From Actinomycetota bacterium (lineage in GTDB: Bacteria > Actinomycetota > UBA4738 > HRBIN12), in assembly GCA_005885325.1 (NCBI GenBank), contig VAYX01000014.1, forward strand, positions 1-50,685: a stretch of DNA of 50,685 nt. The letters run 5' to 3'. The position numbers and the translations under genes are program-made. This document shows, piece by piece, positions 9,871 to 18,896 of the stretch. The first letter of the stretch is position 1. Each line of letters opens with the position of its first letter. Below the pieces are notes generated by a model. It was given only the letters and a program-made list of their open reading frames with translations. It was not told where the DNA came from and ran no database searches.

Positions 9871-11645
9871 CCATGGCCCGGTCCGAGCTGCGGCGTCGCG
9901 CCGTCCGGGCGGGCCTGCTCGCCGCCGTTGCGATCGTGTACCTGTGCCTCGTTGGGATGGTGCAAGCGTTCAGCACCCGCAACATCGTCGGTGGCAATCT
10001 TCCGCTCTCCCGTATCCTCCTCCTTCTCCCGTCGGCCGTCGCCGCATCCCTCGCCGTCCGTCCTCGCGTCCGAGGTGGGGTAACCATGGAACTGAACATG
10101 GGAGAGGCGGCAGGTGCGGGAGCGAGCATCGGACTCATCGCCGGCGCCGCCGTGGCGGTGGGCATCGGTATCGTGAACCTGATCGGCCAGGAAGCCGTGC
10201 GCGGCGTCTTCAATGCGGTGACGTCGGCGTTGATGCTGACCCTGACGCTCCAACGGTCCACCGTTGTGGGGACCGCGATCCTGGTCGCGCTCAGCACCGC
10301 GACCGGAGCCCTGTTCGCGCTGGCTGGGGTCCTCGCTCCGCGTCTTCGCCGGCCGATCGTCACGGGCCTGACGGTCGTCCTCCTGATGGGGATGTTGCAG
10401 AGTGTCGTGCGGGTGATGCTCGTCCAGCTCGGCCTGGCGACCCAGTGGCTGTACAGCGTCACGTTCGGGGGTCTCACGTATCTTGGCGCGGTCGCATCGT
10501 TCGCCGCCGGGATGGCCGCTGCCCGGCTTTGGGCCTTGCGACGCGAGGCCGCGGCCGCCGACGCTGCCGAGCGCGCCGAGGCCGGGGGGCGGCCGAGGAT
10601 CCCTCGAGCGATGCTGCTCGTTCCGGTGGGATTCGTGCTCCTCGCGCTTCCCGCGCTCCTCGGGACGTTCCTGTCCGCAGTCCTGGGCCAGGTGGGGATC
10701 TTCGTCCTCATGGGCCTGGGGCTGAACATCGTCGTCGGCTACGCGGGCCTCCTCGACCTGGGCTACGTGGCGTTCTTTGCCGTGGGTGCGTACGCGACCG
10801 GCGTCCTGACGGCCGCCGTGAACTCGGGCTCCTCGCTTCACCCCGGGCTCCCGTTCTTGCTGGCGGTCCCCATCGTCGTGCTGATCGCCGTGGCGGCCGG
10901 CCTGCTGATCGGTGGTCCGGTCCTGCGGCTCCGCGGGGACTACCTCGCCATCGTCACCCTCGGTTTCGGCGAGATCGCCCGGGTGCTCGTAACGTCCGAC
11001 TGGTTGAAGAGCTTCCTTGGCGGGGCGCAGGGCCTCATCGCGATCCCGGCGCCGACGATGAGCGTGGGTGGACTGCACATCGACTTTCGAAACCCCCAGC
11101 CTTTCTATTACCTGGCCCTGGGGTTCTGTCTCCTGGCGGCCTTCGTGTCATGGCGTCTTGCCAACTCGCGCGTCGGGCGGGCCTGGAACGCGATGCGAGA
11201 GGACGAGCAGGTCGCCGAGGCCATGGGCGTGAGCACCGTCCGATACAAGCTGCTCGCCTTCGCGTGCGGCGCGGCCATCGGGAGCCTGGGGGGGGCGCTG
11301 TTCGCGGTGCAGATCGGCTCGCTCGCCCCGAGCTCCTTCGTGTTCTTCATCTCGATCCAGTCCCTCGCCATCATCATCCTGGGCGGCATGGGGAGCATCC
11401 CGGGAGTCATCGTGGGAGCGCTCGTCCTGGTCGGGCTACCCGGGTTCCTGACCGAGTTCGCCGAATACCAGCCCCTGATCTACGGTGCGGTCCTCGTCGC
11501 GATCATGCTGTATCGACCGGAGGGATTGATCCCCAACGTCCGGCGAACGCGGGAGCTGCACGAGGAAGAGGTCGAGCAGGACGCCTGGCTCGAGGGTGTC
11601 CCGGAGCCGGCGCCGTCGATGACCTTGGGGGAGGCCGTGGAGTGA
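9867..11645 (+). CDS. livM: branched-chain amino acid ABC transporter permease (LivM family) with a ~246-aa N-terminal membrane extension
   Basis: 592 aa. The C-terminal ~345 aa carry the LivM core (GLNIVVGYAGLLDLGYVAFFAVGAY, REDEQVAEAMGV). The N-terminal ~246 aa are hydrophobic extra helices. ATGA overlap with livH. Confidence 0.88.
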   Translation: MTMARSELRRRAVRAGLLAAVAIVYLCLVGMVQAFSTRNIVGGNLPLSRILLLLPSAVAASLAVRPRVRGGVTMELNMGEAAGAGASIGLIAGAAVAVGIGIVNLIGQEAVRGVFNAVTSALMLTLTLQRSTVVGTAILVALSTATGALFALAGVLAPRLRRPIVTGLTVVLLMGMLQSVVRVMLVQLGLATQWLYSVTFGGLTYLGAVASFAAGMAAARLWALRREAAAADAAERAEAGGRPRIPRAMLLVPVGFVLLALPALLGTFLSAVLGQVGIFVLMGLGLNIVVGYAGLLDLGYVAFFAVGAYATGVLTAAVNSGSSLHPGLPFLLAVPIVVLIAVAAGLLIGGPVLRLRGDYLAIVTLGFGEIARVLVTSDWLKSFLGGAQGLIAIPAPTMSVGGLHIDFRNPQPFYYLALGFCLLAAFVSWRLANSRVGRAWNAMREDEQVAEAMGVSTVRYKLLAFACGAAIGSLGGALFAVQIGSLAPSSFVFFISIQSLAIIILGGMGSIPGVIVGALVLVGLPGFLTEFAEYQPLIYGAVLVAIMLYRPEGLIPNVRRTRELHEEEVEQDAWLEGVPEPAPSMTLGEAVE

Positions 11646-12427
11646 CGCCGTTGCTCGAGATCGCCGGCCTCACGAAGCGGTTCGGCGGCCTGGCCGCCCT
11701 GGACGGCTTGGACCTCGCGGTCGCCGAGGGCGAGATCGTCAGCGTGATCGGCCCGAACGGGGCCGGCAAGACCACGCTGTTCAACACGATGACGGGCTTG
11801 TACGGCCCCGATCAAGGCGACGTCCGTTTCGAGGGGCAGAGCGTCGTCGGACTGAAACCGAACCAGATCACGCGGCTCGGAATCTCGCGGACGTTCCAAA
11901 CCGTTCACCTGTTCCCCAACATGACCGTGTTGGAGAACGCGATGGTCGGGCAGCACTGCCGGGGTCGAGCCGGGCTGGTCTCCAGTGTGCTGCGGCTTCC
12001 GGCTCAGAGGAACGAGGAGGAGCGGATCCGGGATCGAGCGAGGGACTGCCTTTCGTTTTTCGGCGGGCGGCTGTCTGGGTACCGCCACGACCAGCCGGCC
12101 TTCACGCTTTCGTACGCGAACCGGCGACGGTTGGAGATCTCCCGAGCTCTGGCCACCGAGCCCAAGCTCCTGCTCCTGGACGAGCCCACCGCCGGGATGA
12201 ACCCGAAGGAGACCCTGGAGTTGACGGATCAGATCTGGCGCCTGCGGAAGGATCGCGGCCTCACCATCCTGGTGATCGAACACGACATGCGCGTGGTGAA
12301 AGGCGTGTCCGACCGCGTCGTGGCGCTCGACTACGGGAAGAAGATCGCGGAGGGCACGTACGAGGAGGTCGCCCACAACGAACGGGTCATCGAGGCCTAC
12401 CTGGGCAGGAAGGCGGCGGCCGGGTGA
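11642..12427 (+). CDS. livG: branched-chain amino acid ABC transporter ATP-binding protein (LivG family)
   Basis: Real start taken as the GTG at 11642 (GTGA overlap with the livM stop, frame-checked). Walker A GPNGAGKTT, LSYANRRRLEISRAL signature region, Walker B LLLLDEPTAGM. Confidence 0.92.
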   Translation: MTPLLEIAGLTKRFGGLAALDGLDLAVAEGEIVSVIGPNGAGKTTLFNTMTGLYGPDQGDVRFEGQSVVGLKPNQITRLGISRTFQTVHLFPNMTVLENAMVGQHCRGRAGLVSSVLRLPAQRNEEERIRDRARDCLSFFGGRLSGYRHDQPAFTLSYANRRRLEISRALATEPKLLLLDEPTAGMNPKETLELTDQIWRLRKDRGLTILVIEHDMRVVKGVSDRVVALDYGKKIAEGTYEEVAHNERVIEAYLGRKAAAG

Positions 12428-13212
12428 GCGACGGCGTGGGCGAACAGACGACGCCGACGGCGGGTACCCGGGGCGACGGGCAGGGCACGGGGGACCGCCG
12501 GGCAATCCTCGAGATGCGAGACGTCAGCACCCATTACGGGCTGATCTCCGTGCTCCGCCATGTGAACGTCGAGATCTTCCCGGGCGAGATCGCCTGCCTG
12601 CTCGGAGGCAACGCGAGCGGCAAGACCACCACGCTGAAGACCATCCTGGGCTACGTGAAGCCGAGCGAGGGCGAGGTCCTGCTGGAGGACGAGGTGGTCA
12701 GCGGCATGGACACCACCGAGGTGGTCCGCCGGGGGATCTCGATGGTCCCGGAGAACCGGAGACTGTTCTCCAACATGACCGTCAAGGAGAACCTGGAGCT
12801 CGGGGCGTACCAGCGACGCGACCGCAAGGCCATCGCCAAGGACATGGAGGAGATCCTGGAGACCTTCCCCCGCCTCCGCGAGCGCCTGTCGCAGAAGGCC
12901 GGCACCCTCTCGGGTGGAGAGCAGCAGATGGTGGCGATGGGCCGGGCCCTGATGGCCAAGCCCAAGGTCTTGCTGATGGACGAGCCATCCATGGGCCTGG
13001 CGCCGGTCCTCGTCGACCAGGTGTTCAAGATCATCAAGGACATCAACGAGCTCGGAACCACGATCTTCGTCGTGGAGCAGAACGCGAACATGGCGCTGTC
13101 GATCGCCGACCGCGGCTACGTGTTGCAGACGGGCCAGGTCGTGCTGGCCGACACCGCGCAGAGCCTGCTGAACAACCCCCAGATGCGGGAGGCGTACTTG
13201 GGGGAGCTGTGA
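12424..13212 (+). CDS. livF: branched-chain amino acid ABC transporter ATP-binding protein (LivF family)
   Basis: 262 aa. Walker A GGNASGKTT, signature LSGGEQQMVAMGRAL, Walker B VLLMDEPSMGL. GTGA overlap with livG. The first ~30 aa are a low-complexity extension, so a later start is possible. Confidence 0.9.
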   Translation: MSDGVGEQTTPTAGTRGDGQGTGDRRAILEMRDVSTHYGLISVLRHVNVEIFPGEIACLLGGNASGKTTTLKTILGYVKPSEGEVLLEDEVVSGMDTTEVVRRGISMVPENRRLFSNMTVKENLELGAYQRRDRKAIAKDMEEILETFPRLRERLSQKAGTLSGGEQQMVAMGRALMAKPKVLLMDEPSMGLAPVLVDQVFKIIKDINELGTTIFVVEQNANMALSIADRGYVLQTGQVVLADTAQSLLNNPQMREAYLGEL

Positions 13213-14138
13213 GCGGGTTCCCCTTCATCGACGCCGATCGGCTCCGTAGCCTCCTCCCCATGGAGGCCACGGTCGATGCCCTCGAGGCGGCGTTCGGCTC
13301 GGGTGCGCTCCCGGCTGCGCCGCTCCGGACGCACCTGGACACTTCCGCGGGATCGCTCGTGTCGATGCCGGCGACCGGACCACAGGGCACCGGGGTCAAG
13401 CTGCTCACCGTCACCTCGGGGAATCCCGAGCTGGGCCTCCCGCTCATCCAGGGCCTGTACGTGCTGTTCTCGGCTCGGACCCAGAAGCCCGAGGCGGCCA
13501 TCGACGGCGCCGCGCTGACGGCCCTTCGCACCGGTGCGGTCTCCGGCCTGGCCACCCGGTACCTGGCGCGCGAGGATGCGGCCCGCGTGGTGATCTTCGG
13601 TGCGGGAACGCAGGGGCGCGCACACCTTGAGGCCATGCTCGCCGTTCGACCCGTGGATCGGGTGACGTTCGTGTCGAGGACGGCAAACCGGGCCGAGGCG
13701 CTGGCCGGCTGGGCACGGGAGATGGGCGTGACCGGGGACGTCGCCGGGCCGAACGCCGTCGGAGCTGCCGACATCGTGTGCACCTGCACGACGAGCCCCA
13801 CCCCGGTGTTCGATGGATCGCTCTTGTCCGCTGGCGCCCACGTGAACGCGGTCGGTGCCTACACGCCGCAGACCCGCGAGCTCGACGAGGACACGATCCG
13901 GCGCGCCCGGGTGGTGGTGGAGACCAGAGAGGTGGCCCTGGCCGAAGCGGGCGATCTGCTGATCCCCATCGGCGCGGGGTCCATCGGCGCAGACCATGTG
14001 GTCGCCGACCTCTCGGAGGTCGTCGGCGGCGCGAAGGTTCGCCGAGGCCCCGAGGACATCACGGTGTTCAAGTCCGTGGGCGTGGCGTTCGAGGACCTCG
14101 TGGTGGCCCGGGCCGCCGCGGACCGGCTGGGCGCATGA
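13209..14138 (+). CDS. ornithine cyclodeaminase / mu-crystallin family NAD(P)-dependent enzyme
   Basis: 309 aa. DGAALTALRTGAVSGLATRYLA and VIFGAGTQGRAHLEA (Rossmann) motifs typical of the OCD/mu-crystallin family. GTGA overlap with livF. Confidence 0.85.
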   Translation: MSGFPFIDADRLRSLLPMEATVDALEAAFGSGALPAAPLRTHLDTSAGSLVSMPATGPQGTGVKLLTVTSGNPELGLPLIQGLYVLFSARTQKPEAAIDGAALTALRTGAVSGLATRYLAREDAARVVIFGAGTQGRAHLEAMLAVRPVDRVTFVSRTANRAEALAGWAREMGVTGDVAGPNAVGAADIVCTCTTSPTPVFDGSLLSAGAHVNAVGAYTPQTRELDEDTIRRARVVVETREVALAEAGDLLIPIGAGSIGADHVVADLSEVVGGAKVRRGPEDITVFKSVGVAFEDLVVARAAADRLGA

Positions 14139-15289
14139 CCGAGACCGCCGATGTGGTGGTGGTGGGCGGGGGCGTCGTGGGAACCAGCGCCGCCTACCAC
14201 CTGGCTGCCGCCGGCGCCGGCCGCGTCCTGTTGTTGGAGCGGGAGGACGCCCTTGGAACGGGCTCAACCGGCTCCTGCGCAGGCGGATTCCGCCATCAGT
14301 TCTCGAGCGAGATCAACATCCGGCTGTCACTGGCGAGCGTCCCGATGATCCTTTCGTTCCAGGAGATGCACGGCATCCCCCTTGACGTCCACCAGGACGG
14401 CTACCTGTTCCTCGTGCGGAGCGAGGCGTCGTGGCGATCGTTCGTGGCCGCGGCCGAGCTTCAACGGGGCCTCGGCGTCGACGCCCGGCTGCTCGAGCCG
14501 GAGGAGGCGGGGGCGCTCGCACCGGGCGTCAGCCTGGACGGGATGATCGGCGCGACATTCTGTTCCGACGACGGCATCGCCGATCCGTCGGGGCTGACGG
14601 CCGGATACGCCACGATCGCGCGAGGGGCCGGCGCCGAGCTACGGACGGGCGTCGAGGTGCGCGCCATCCTCATGGACGGAGCGCGGGTCACCGGGGTCGA
14701 GACCACCGGGGGACCGGTCTCGACCGGCGTCGTCGTGAACGCGGCGGGGCCATGGGCCGGCCTTGTGGCGAAGACCTGTGGGATCGTGCTGCCGCTGGAG
14801 CCGGTGCCCCGCAACGTCGTGGTCACCGGGCCGTTCCCGGGAGCCCCCGACCGCAAGACGCTGGTGGTCGACGCCGACACGAGCTTCTACTTCCATCGTG
14901 AGGGGCCCGGTGTCCTGATGGGGATGGGAAGCCCCAGCGAACGAGCGTCCTTCGACACGACGGTCGACGAGGCGCTGGTGGCGAACGAGCTGGTCCCAAC
15001 CGCCGTCCGGGTCTTCCCGCCGCTCGAGCGAGCGGGGATCGCCCGCATGTGGGCGGGGCTCTACGAGATGACCCCGGACCGTCACCCGATCATCGGGCCG
15101 GTACCGGATCCCGCGGGATTGTATCTGGCATGTGGGTTCAGCGGCCACGGGTTCCAGCACGCGCCGATCGTCGGGAAGCTCCTCGCGGAGATGATCGTGG
15201 AAGGCCAAGCGAGGACGGTTGACGTCTCCGGACTCTCACTCGAGAGATTCGCTCGGGGCGATCTCGCCCGAGAGGGACACGTGGTCTGA
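14135..15289 (+). CDS. FAD-dependent oxidoreductase (DAO / sarcosine-oxidase-beta-like family)
   Basis: Start at the ATG 14135 (ATGA overlap with the upstream stop, frame-checked). N-terminal VVVVGGGVVGTSAAYHLA dinucleotide-binding fold. C-terminal GFSGHGFQHAPIVG typical of DAO-family amine oxidases. Confidence 0.85.
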   Translation: MTETADVVVVGGGVVGTSAAYHLAAAGAGRVLLLEREDALGTGSTGSCAGGFRHQFSSEINIRLSLASVPMILSFQEMHGIPLDVHQDGYLFLVRSEASWRSFVAAAELQRGLGVDARLLEPEEAGALAPGVSLDGMIGATFCSDDGIADPSGLTAGYATIARGAGAELRTGVEVRAILMDGARVTGVETTGGPVSTGVVVNAAGPWAGLVAKTCGIVLPLEPVPRNVVVTGPFPGAPDRKTLVVDADTSFYFHREGPGVLMGMGSPSERASFDTTVDEALVANELVPTAVRVFPPLERAGIARMWAGLYEMTPDRHPIIGPVPDPAGLYLACGFSGHGFQHAPIVGKLLAEMIVEGQARTVDVSGLSLERFARGDLAREGHVV

Positions 15290-15292
15290 TCG

Positions 15293-15376
15293 TGCCGGGA
15301 GAGGGACTCGAACCCTCATGGGCTTTCGCCCACGGGTTTTTGAAACCCGCGCGTAAACCAGTTCCGCCATCCCGGC
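15293..15376 (-). tRNA. tRNA-Leu (anticodon CAA), type II with long variable arm; no encoded CCA
   Basis: Hand-folded reverse complement GCCGGGA-TG-GCG-GAACTGGTTTA-CGC-G-CGGGT-TTCAAAA-ACCCG-TGGGCGAAAGCCCAT-GAGGG-TTCGAGT-CCCTC-TCCCGGC-A. It has a 7-bp acceptor stem, a 5-bp anticodon stem with loop TTCAAAA (anticodon CAA), a 15-nt variable arm and a GTTCGAGTC T-loop. Length 84 nt. Confidence 0.93.
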
Positions 15377-15436
15377 GGGTGCGGCGGTCAGCACACCTAG
15401 ACTACAAGCCCCCTTCCCTCTGCTGGCGGAGGCTCG

Positions 15437-16633
15437 GTGCCCATGCTTCGACCTACTGTTCTCGGCGCAGCATTCTGCGCGCTCGCTACGGCTGCCTGCA
15501 CGGCAGTCGCGCCGACACCCGGCCCCTCATCCACCAGTCGCCGCCCCGTAGTGCAGCTGAAGGTGGCGTTCCTCGAGGACCTGTCATCCGATGAGGCGGC
15601 AACGCGCTCGGCGCCGGCGTTCCAGGGGGCGAAGCTCGCGTTCGACACGGCGGCGCTCGGAGGTGGCTTCCCCGTCTCGGTCGAGCTGATCGGCCTGGAC
15701 ACCGGCGGGGATGCCGCGACGGCCGCGGCCGCGGCTCGGGAGATCGTGGAGGACCCGTCCTTCGTGGGCACGATCGCGGCCCCTTCCCTCACCGAGCGGG
15801 AGCAGGCGGCAGCCGGGAACGTCCTCGACCCCGCGGGCGTGCCCACCCTCACGCTGTCACCCCTGGGCCCGAACCTGTCCAAGCGGGGATGGACGGCCTG
15901 GCGGCGAACCGTGGCGGAGGTGACGTTGGAAGGTCGTGCCATCGCGGCGTTCGTCGACTCCGTCCCGTCGCCGCGACAGGGCGCCTGCGTGCTCGGAGAC
16001 GGGAGCCCGGGGTCGCGGGCCCTCCTCGGAGCCGTCGTCGCCTCCATCACTACCGCGGTGGTGCTTCGTTGGCACACGGCGGCGGCGGAACCGGCCTCGG
16101 TCCGTGTCGCCGGTGCCGTGTCGAACGCCCGATGCGGCGTCATGGTGTGGGGCGGGTCCTCGACCGCGGGAGCGCTCGTTCGCCTGGGCCTCTACGAAGC
16201 GGATCGGCGAAGGATCGCCTTCGTCGGCGGCGACGCGATCAAGGACCCGGCGTACCTGTCCGTCTCCGGCCGGGCCGGCCTGGGGACCGTGGCGGCGTGT
16301 CCCTGTACCGACCTGTCTACCTCCACCGACCTCGCGTCCCAGCGGTTCATCCAGGATTACCAGGCCGACTACGGGCTGCCTCCCGCGGCCTTCTCCGCCG
16401 AAGCCTGGGACGCAGCCGGGATGATCGTCCGGGCCCTCCGGCCGGGGGGGACGTCCAGGGCGGAGGTCCTGGCTGCCCTGTCGGAGATGGACAGGTACCG
16501 GGGCCTGGCAGGGACCTACATGTTCCAGCCCGACGGCGAGCTGGCCCGAGGATCGGCGCGAGTCCATCTCTACCGCGACGAGGGAGGCCGGTGGATCCCC
16601 CTCCGGTCGCCGGCCGCCACGCACGCCGGCTGA
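15437..16633 (+). CDS. putative periplasmic-binding-protein type 1 (LivK-like) solute-binding lipoprotein, orphan
   Basis: 398 aa. Signal peptide with lipobox LATAAC. Overall pattern (VAFLEDLS.., FVGTIAAPS.., tandem alpha/beta lobes) resembles Leu/Ile/Val-binding-family proteins. No adjacent permease. Assignment is by eye only. Confidence 0.55.
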   Translation: MPMLRPTVLGAAFCALATAACTAVAPTPGPSSTSRRPVVQLKVAFLEDLSSDEAATRSAPAFQGAKLAFDTAALGGGFPVSVELIGLDTGGDAATAAAAAREIVEDPSFVGTIAAPSLTEREQAAAGNVLDPAGVPTLTLSPLGPNLSKRGWTAWRRTVAEVTLEGRAIAAFVDSVPSPRQGACVLGDGSPGSRALLGAVVASITTAVVLRWHTAAAEPASVRVAGAVSNARCGVMVWGGSSTAGALVRLGLYEADRRRIAFVGGDAIKDPAYLSVSGRAGLGTVAACPCTDLSTSTDLASQRFIQDYQADYGLPPAAFSAEAWDAAGMIVRALRPGGTSRAEVLAALSEMDRYRGLAGTYMFQPDGELARGSARVHLYRDEGGRWIPLRSPAATHAG

Positions 16634-16754
16634 AGCCTGGCCCCCACTTCGTGCGTGCCCCGGACGAGCGGAACGATGGCCTCTTCCACCATAATGAGCC
16701 GTCTGGCCCGGGCTGGACCCGGGAACGCGCCTCTTGCGAGCAAGGAGGGGGACC

Positions 16755-17609
16755 GTGAAAAGTCGCCTGATTGGGATCGTGGCCGCATTGGCCGTCTTCG
16801 GGCTCATCGTCGCCGCGTGCGCGAAGGAAGAGACGCCCGGCGGGGGCGGGACCTCGGCCGGGCCAGCGTTCGAGAGCGAGCTCATCACGTCCGGCGTCCT
16901 CACCGTCGGATCCTGTCTCGACTACAAGCCCTTCGAGTGGGTCGCGCAAGGGGACCAGAAAGGGTTTGACGTCGATCTGACCGAGGAGATCGCCCGGCGG
17001 CTCGGGCTCAAGGTGGACTGGATCACCGCGAACTTCAACACGATCTTCACCGCAGTGGCCGGGCACAAGTTCGATATGGTCGCTGCCGCGGTGACGGCCA
17101 CCGGGAAGACCGGTCAGGAGCGAGCCCAGACGGTCAACTTCTCAAGTTTCTACTACAACTCCCGGCAGTCCATGGCCGTGAACCCCGACGCGCGACCGGA
17201 CCTCACCTCGACGGACCAACTCGGTAAGGGTGACTCGGTCGGCGTGCAGAAGGGCACGACGGGGAAGGTCTGGGCGGAGGAGAACCTGCAGCCCAAAGGC
17301 GTACAGATCAGGACCTACACGGCTGCGCCGGACGCCTTCAGGGACCTCCAAGCAGGGAGGGTCGACGCGGTGATCAACGACGAGCCGGCGTCGGCCGTCA
17401 TCGTGACAGACTTCCCGCCCACCAAGGTGGTCCAGGCCATCGACACGAACGAGAAGTACGCGCTCGCGTTCGCGAAGGACACGCCGAATCTCCTGGCGGC
17501 CGTCAACCAGGCGCTTCTGGACATCATCAACGACGGCACGTACGAGAAGATCTACGCCAAGTACTTCCCCGGTGCATCGGTGCCGGAAGAGTTCCAGCCG
17601 TCGACATAA
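16755..17609 (+). CDS. polar amino acid ABC transporter substrate-binding lipoprotein (PBP type 2)
   Basis: Start moved to the GTG at 16755 (AAGGAGGGGG SD 5 nt upstream, frame-checked). Lipobox IVAACA. GFDVDL..EIA..LG, FD.V...VT and VGVQKGTTG motifs of the GlnH/HisJ-type family. Confidence 0.88.
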   Translation: MKSRLIGIVAALAVFGLIVAACAKEETPGGGGTSAGPAFESELITSGVLTVGSCLDYKPFEWVAQGDQKGFDVDLTEEIARRLGLKVDWITANFNTIFTAVAGHKFDMVAAAVTATGKTGQERAQTVNFSSFYYNSRQSMAVNPDARPDLTSTDQLGKGDSVGVQKGTTGKVWAEENLQPKGVQIRTYTAAPDAFRDLQAGRVDAVINDEPASAVIVTDFPPTKVVQAIDTNEKYALAFAKDTPNLLAAVNQALLDIINDGTYEKIYAKYFPGASVPEEFQPST

Positions 17610-17627
17610 GGGAGCAGAAGGCATCGT

Positions 17628-17661
17628 CAAGGGCCCGCGTCCCGGTGGACGCGGGCCCTTG
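17628..17661 (+). promoter_or_regulatory. perfect 15-bp stem / 4-nt loop hairpin between the SBP and permease genes (intra-operon attenuator or mRNA stabiliser)
   Basis: CAAGGGCCCGCGTCC-CGGT-GGACGCGGGCCCTTG, read directly from the sequence. It lies 19 nt after the SBP stop and 27 nt before the permease ATG. No U-tract follows. Confidence 0.6.
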
Positions 17662-17687
17662 CATTCGTACCCTGAAGGAGAGGACCG

Positions 17688-18896
17688 ATGGCAGAAACGG
17701 TACGAGGGAGTGCGGCAGGTCCTGAGGCTGTGGTGGCGAGGACTGGACCGCCCGACGTCCGGGGAACAGCCTCGCCTTGGGCGTTGAGCATCTTCGGTGC
17801 CGGTATCTCGGCCCTGGTCCTCGTGATCGGGGGAGTCGCCCTCGTCCAGGTCGTGTACGCCCTGGAGGGCGGGAGGATCACCTCGGGGTGCCGGGCCGTC
17901 GGACTTGTTCCGTTCACGCCTCAAACACCGACGTCCCCAGCGGCGGGCATCAAAGGTGCTGAGGGTGTGTGCAACATCGTCGAGGCTGCCCGGGCCACGC
18001 CGACCACGTTGCTCCTGTGGCTCGGAGTGGTGGTCGGCGTCGCTGCTCTCGCCGCGGGCTTCGGTACGTACAGGCGTATGGAAACGCGCCGCCGACGCGA
18101 GCTTTGCATCACCGGCGCCGTGCTCGGCATTCAGGCCGTGGTCATCGGCGCCTTCCTCCTGTGGTTCCGGGAGGGGCGGGTCGATCGGTTCGCCTCGCAG
18201 TTCCTGAACTTCGAGCGGCTTCAGGGCTATTGGGTGGGTTTCATCGGTGCGGCGAAGAACACCCTTCTTCTTGCCTTCGGTGGCGAGATCGGCGGCATCG
18301 TCGCGGGTCTCGTCTTGGCAATGCTAGCCATCTCGTCCCGCCGTGCTGTTCGTGCTCCAGCTCGAGCGTACATCAACTTCTTTCGAGGAACCCCGCTGCT
18401 CTGGCAGCTGTCGTTCTTCTACTTCGGCATCGTGCTTGGTCTCAACCTGCCATTGGGTGTGTTCGCGGCGGCGATCATCGTATTCATTCTGAACACGGGC
18501 GCGTATGCCGCTGAGGTGTTTCGCGCCGGCATCCAATCGATCGAGCGCGGACAGATGGAGGCCGCCCGTTCGCTCGGCATGACATACCTACAGGCGATGC
18601 GCTTCGCGATCGTCCCGCAGGCTGTTCGTCGGGTCATCCCGCCTCTGATGAATGAATTCGTCATCCTCATCAAGGACACCGCGCTCGTGCTCGTGCTGGG
18701 CCTGGCAAGGGACCAGCTCGAGATCTTCAACTACGCCCAAGAAGGCTACAGCTCGACGTTCAACGCCACGTTCTTCGTGGTCGCGGCGATCGCATACCTC
18801 GCGGTTACCCTGCCGCTGATCCGGCTGGTCAACATCGCCGAGCGGCGACTCCGCGGTGGGCTGCTGGGTCTCAACATCGGGCAGCAGGGGCTATGA
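17688..18896 (+). CDS. polar amino acid ABC transporter permease (His/Glu/Gln/Arg/opine family) with N-terminal membrane extension
   Basis: 402 aa. The C-terminal ~230 aa carry the HisM/GlnP-type core ([39 protein letters not shown] loop). The N-terminal ~165 aa are extra TM helices. GAAGGAGAGG SD. Confidence 0.88.
   Translation: MAETVRGSAAGPEAVVARTGPPDVRGTASPWALSIFGAGISALVLVIGGVALVQVVYALEGGRITSGCRAVGLVPFTPQTPTSPAAGIKGAEGVCNIVEAARATPTTLLLWLGVVVGVAALAAGFGTYRRMETRRRRELCITGAVLGIQAVVIGAFLLWFREGRVDRFASQFLNFERLQGYWVGFIGAAKNTLLLAFGGEIGGIVAGLVLAMLAISSRRAVRAPARAYINFFRGTPLLWQLSFFYFGIVLGLNLPLGVFAAAIIVFILNTGAYAAEVFRAGIQSIERGQMEAARSLGMTYLQAMRFAIVPQAVRRVIPPLMNEFVILIKDTALVLVLGLARDQLEIFNYAQEGYSSTFNATFFVVAAIAYLAVTLPLIRLVNIAERRLRGGLLGLNIGQQGL

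Noticed and set aside
12424-12520. The ~30-aa low-complexity N-terminal extension of LivF (MSDGVGEQTTPTAGTRGDGQGTGDRRAILE), considered as a mis-called start.
   Set aside because: A later ATG (MRDVSTHYG) is possible, but the GTGA overlap with the livG stop fits the translational-coupling pattern seen throughout the operon. I therefore kept the long form, and it is not interesting enough to report as a finding.
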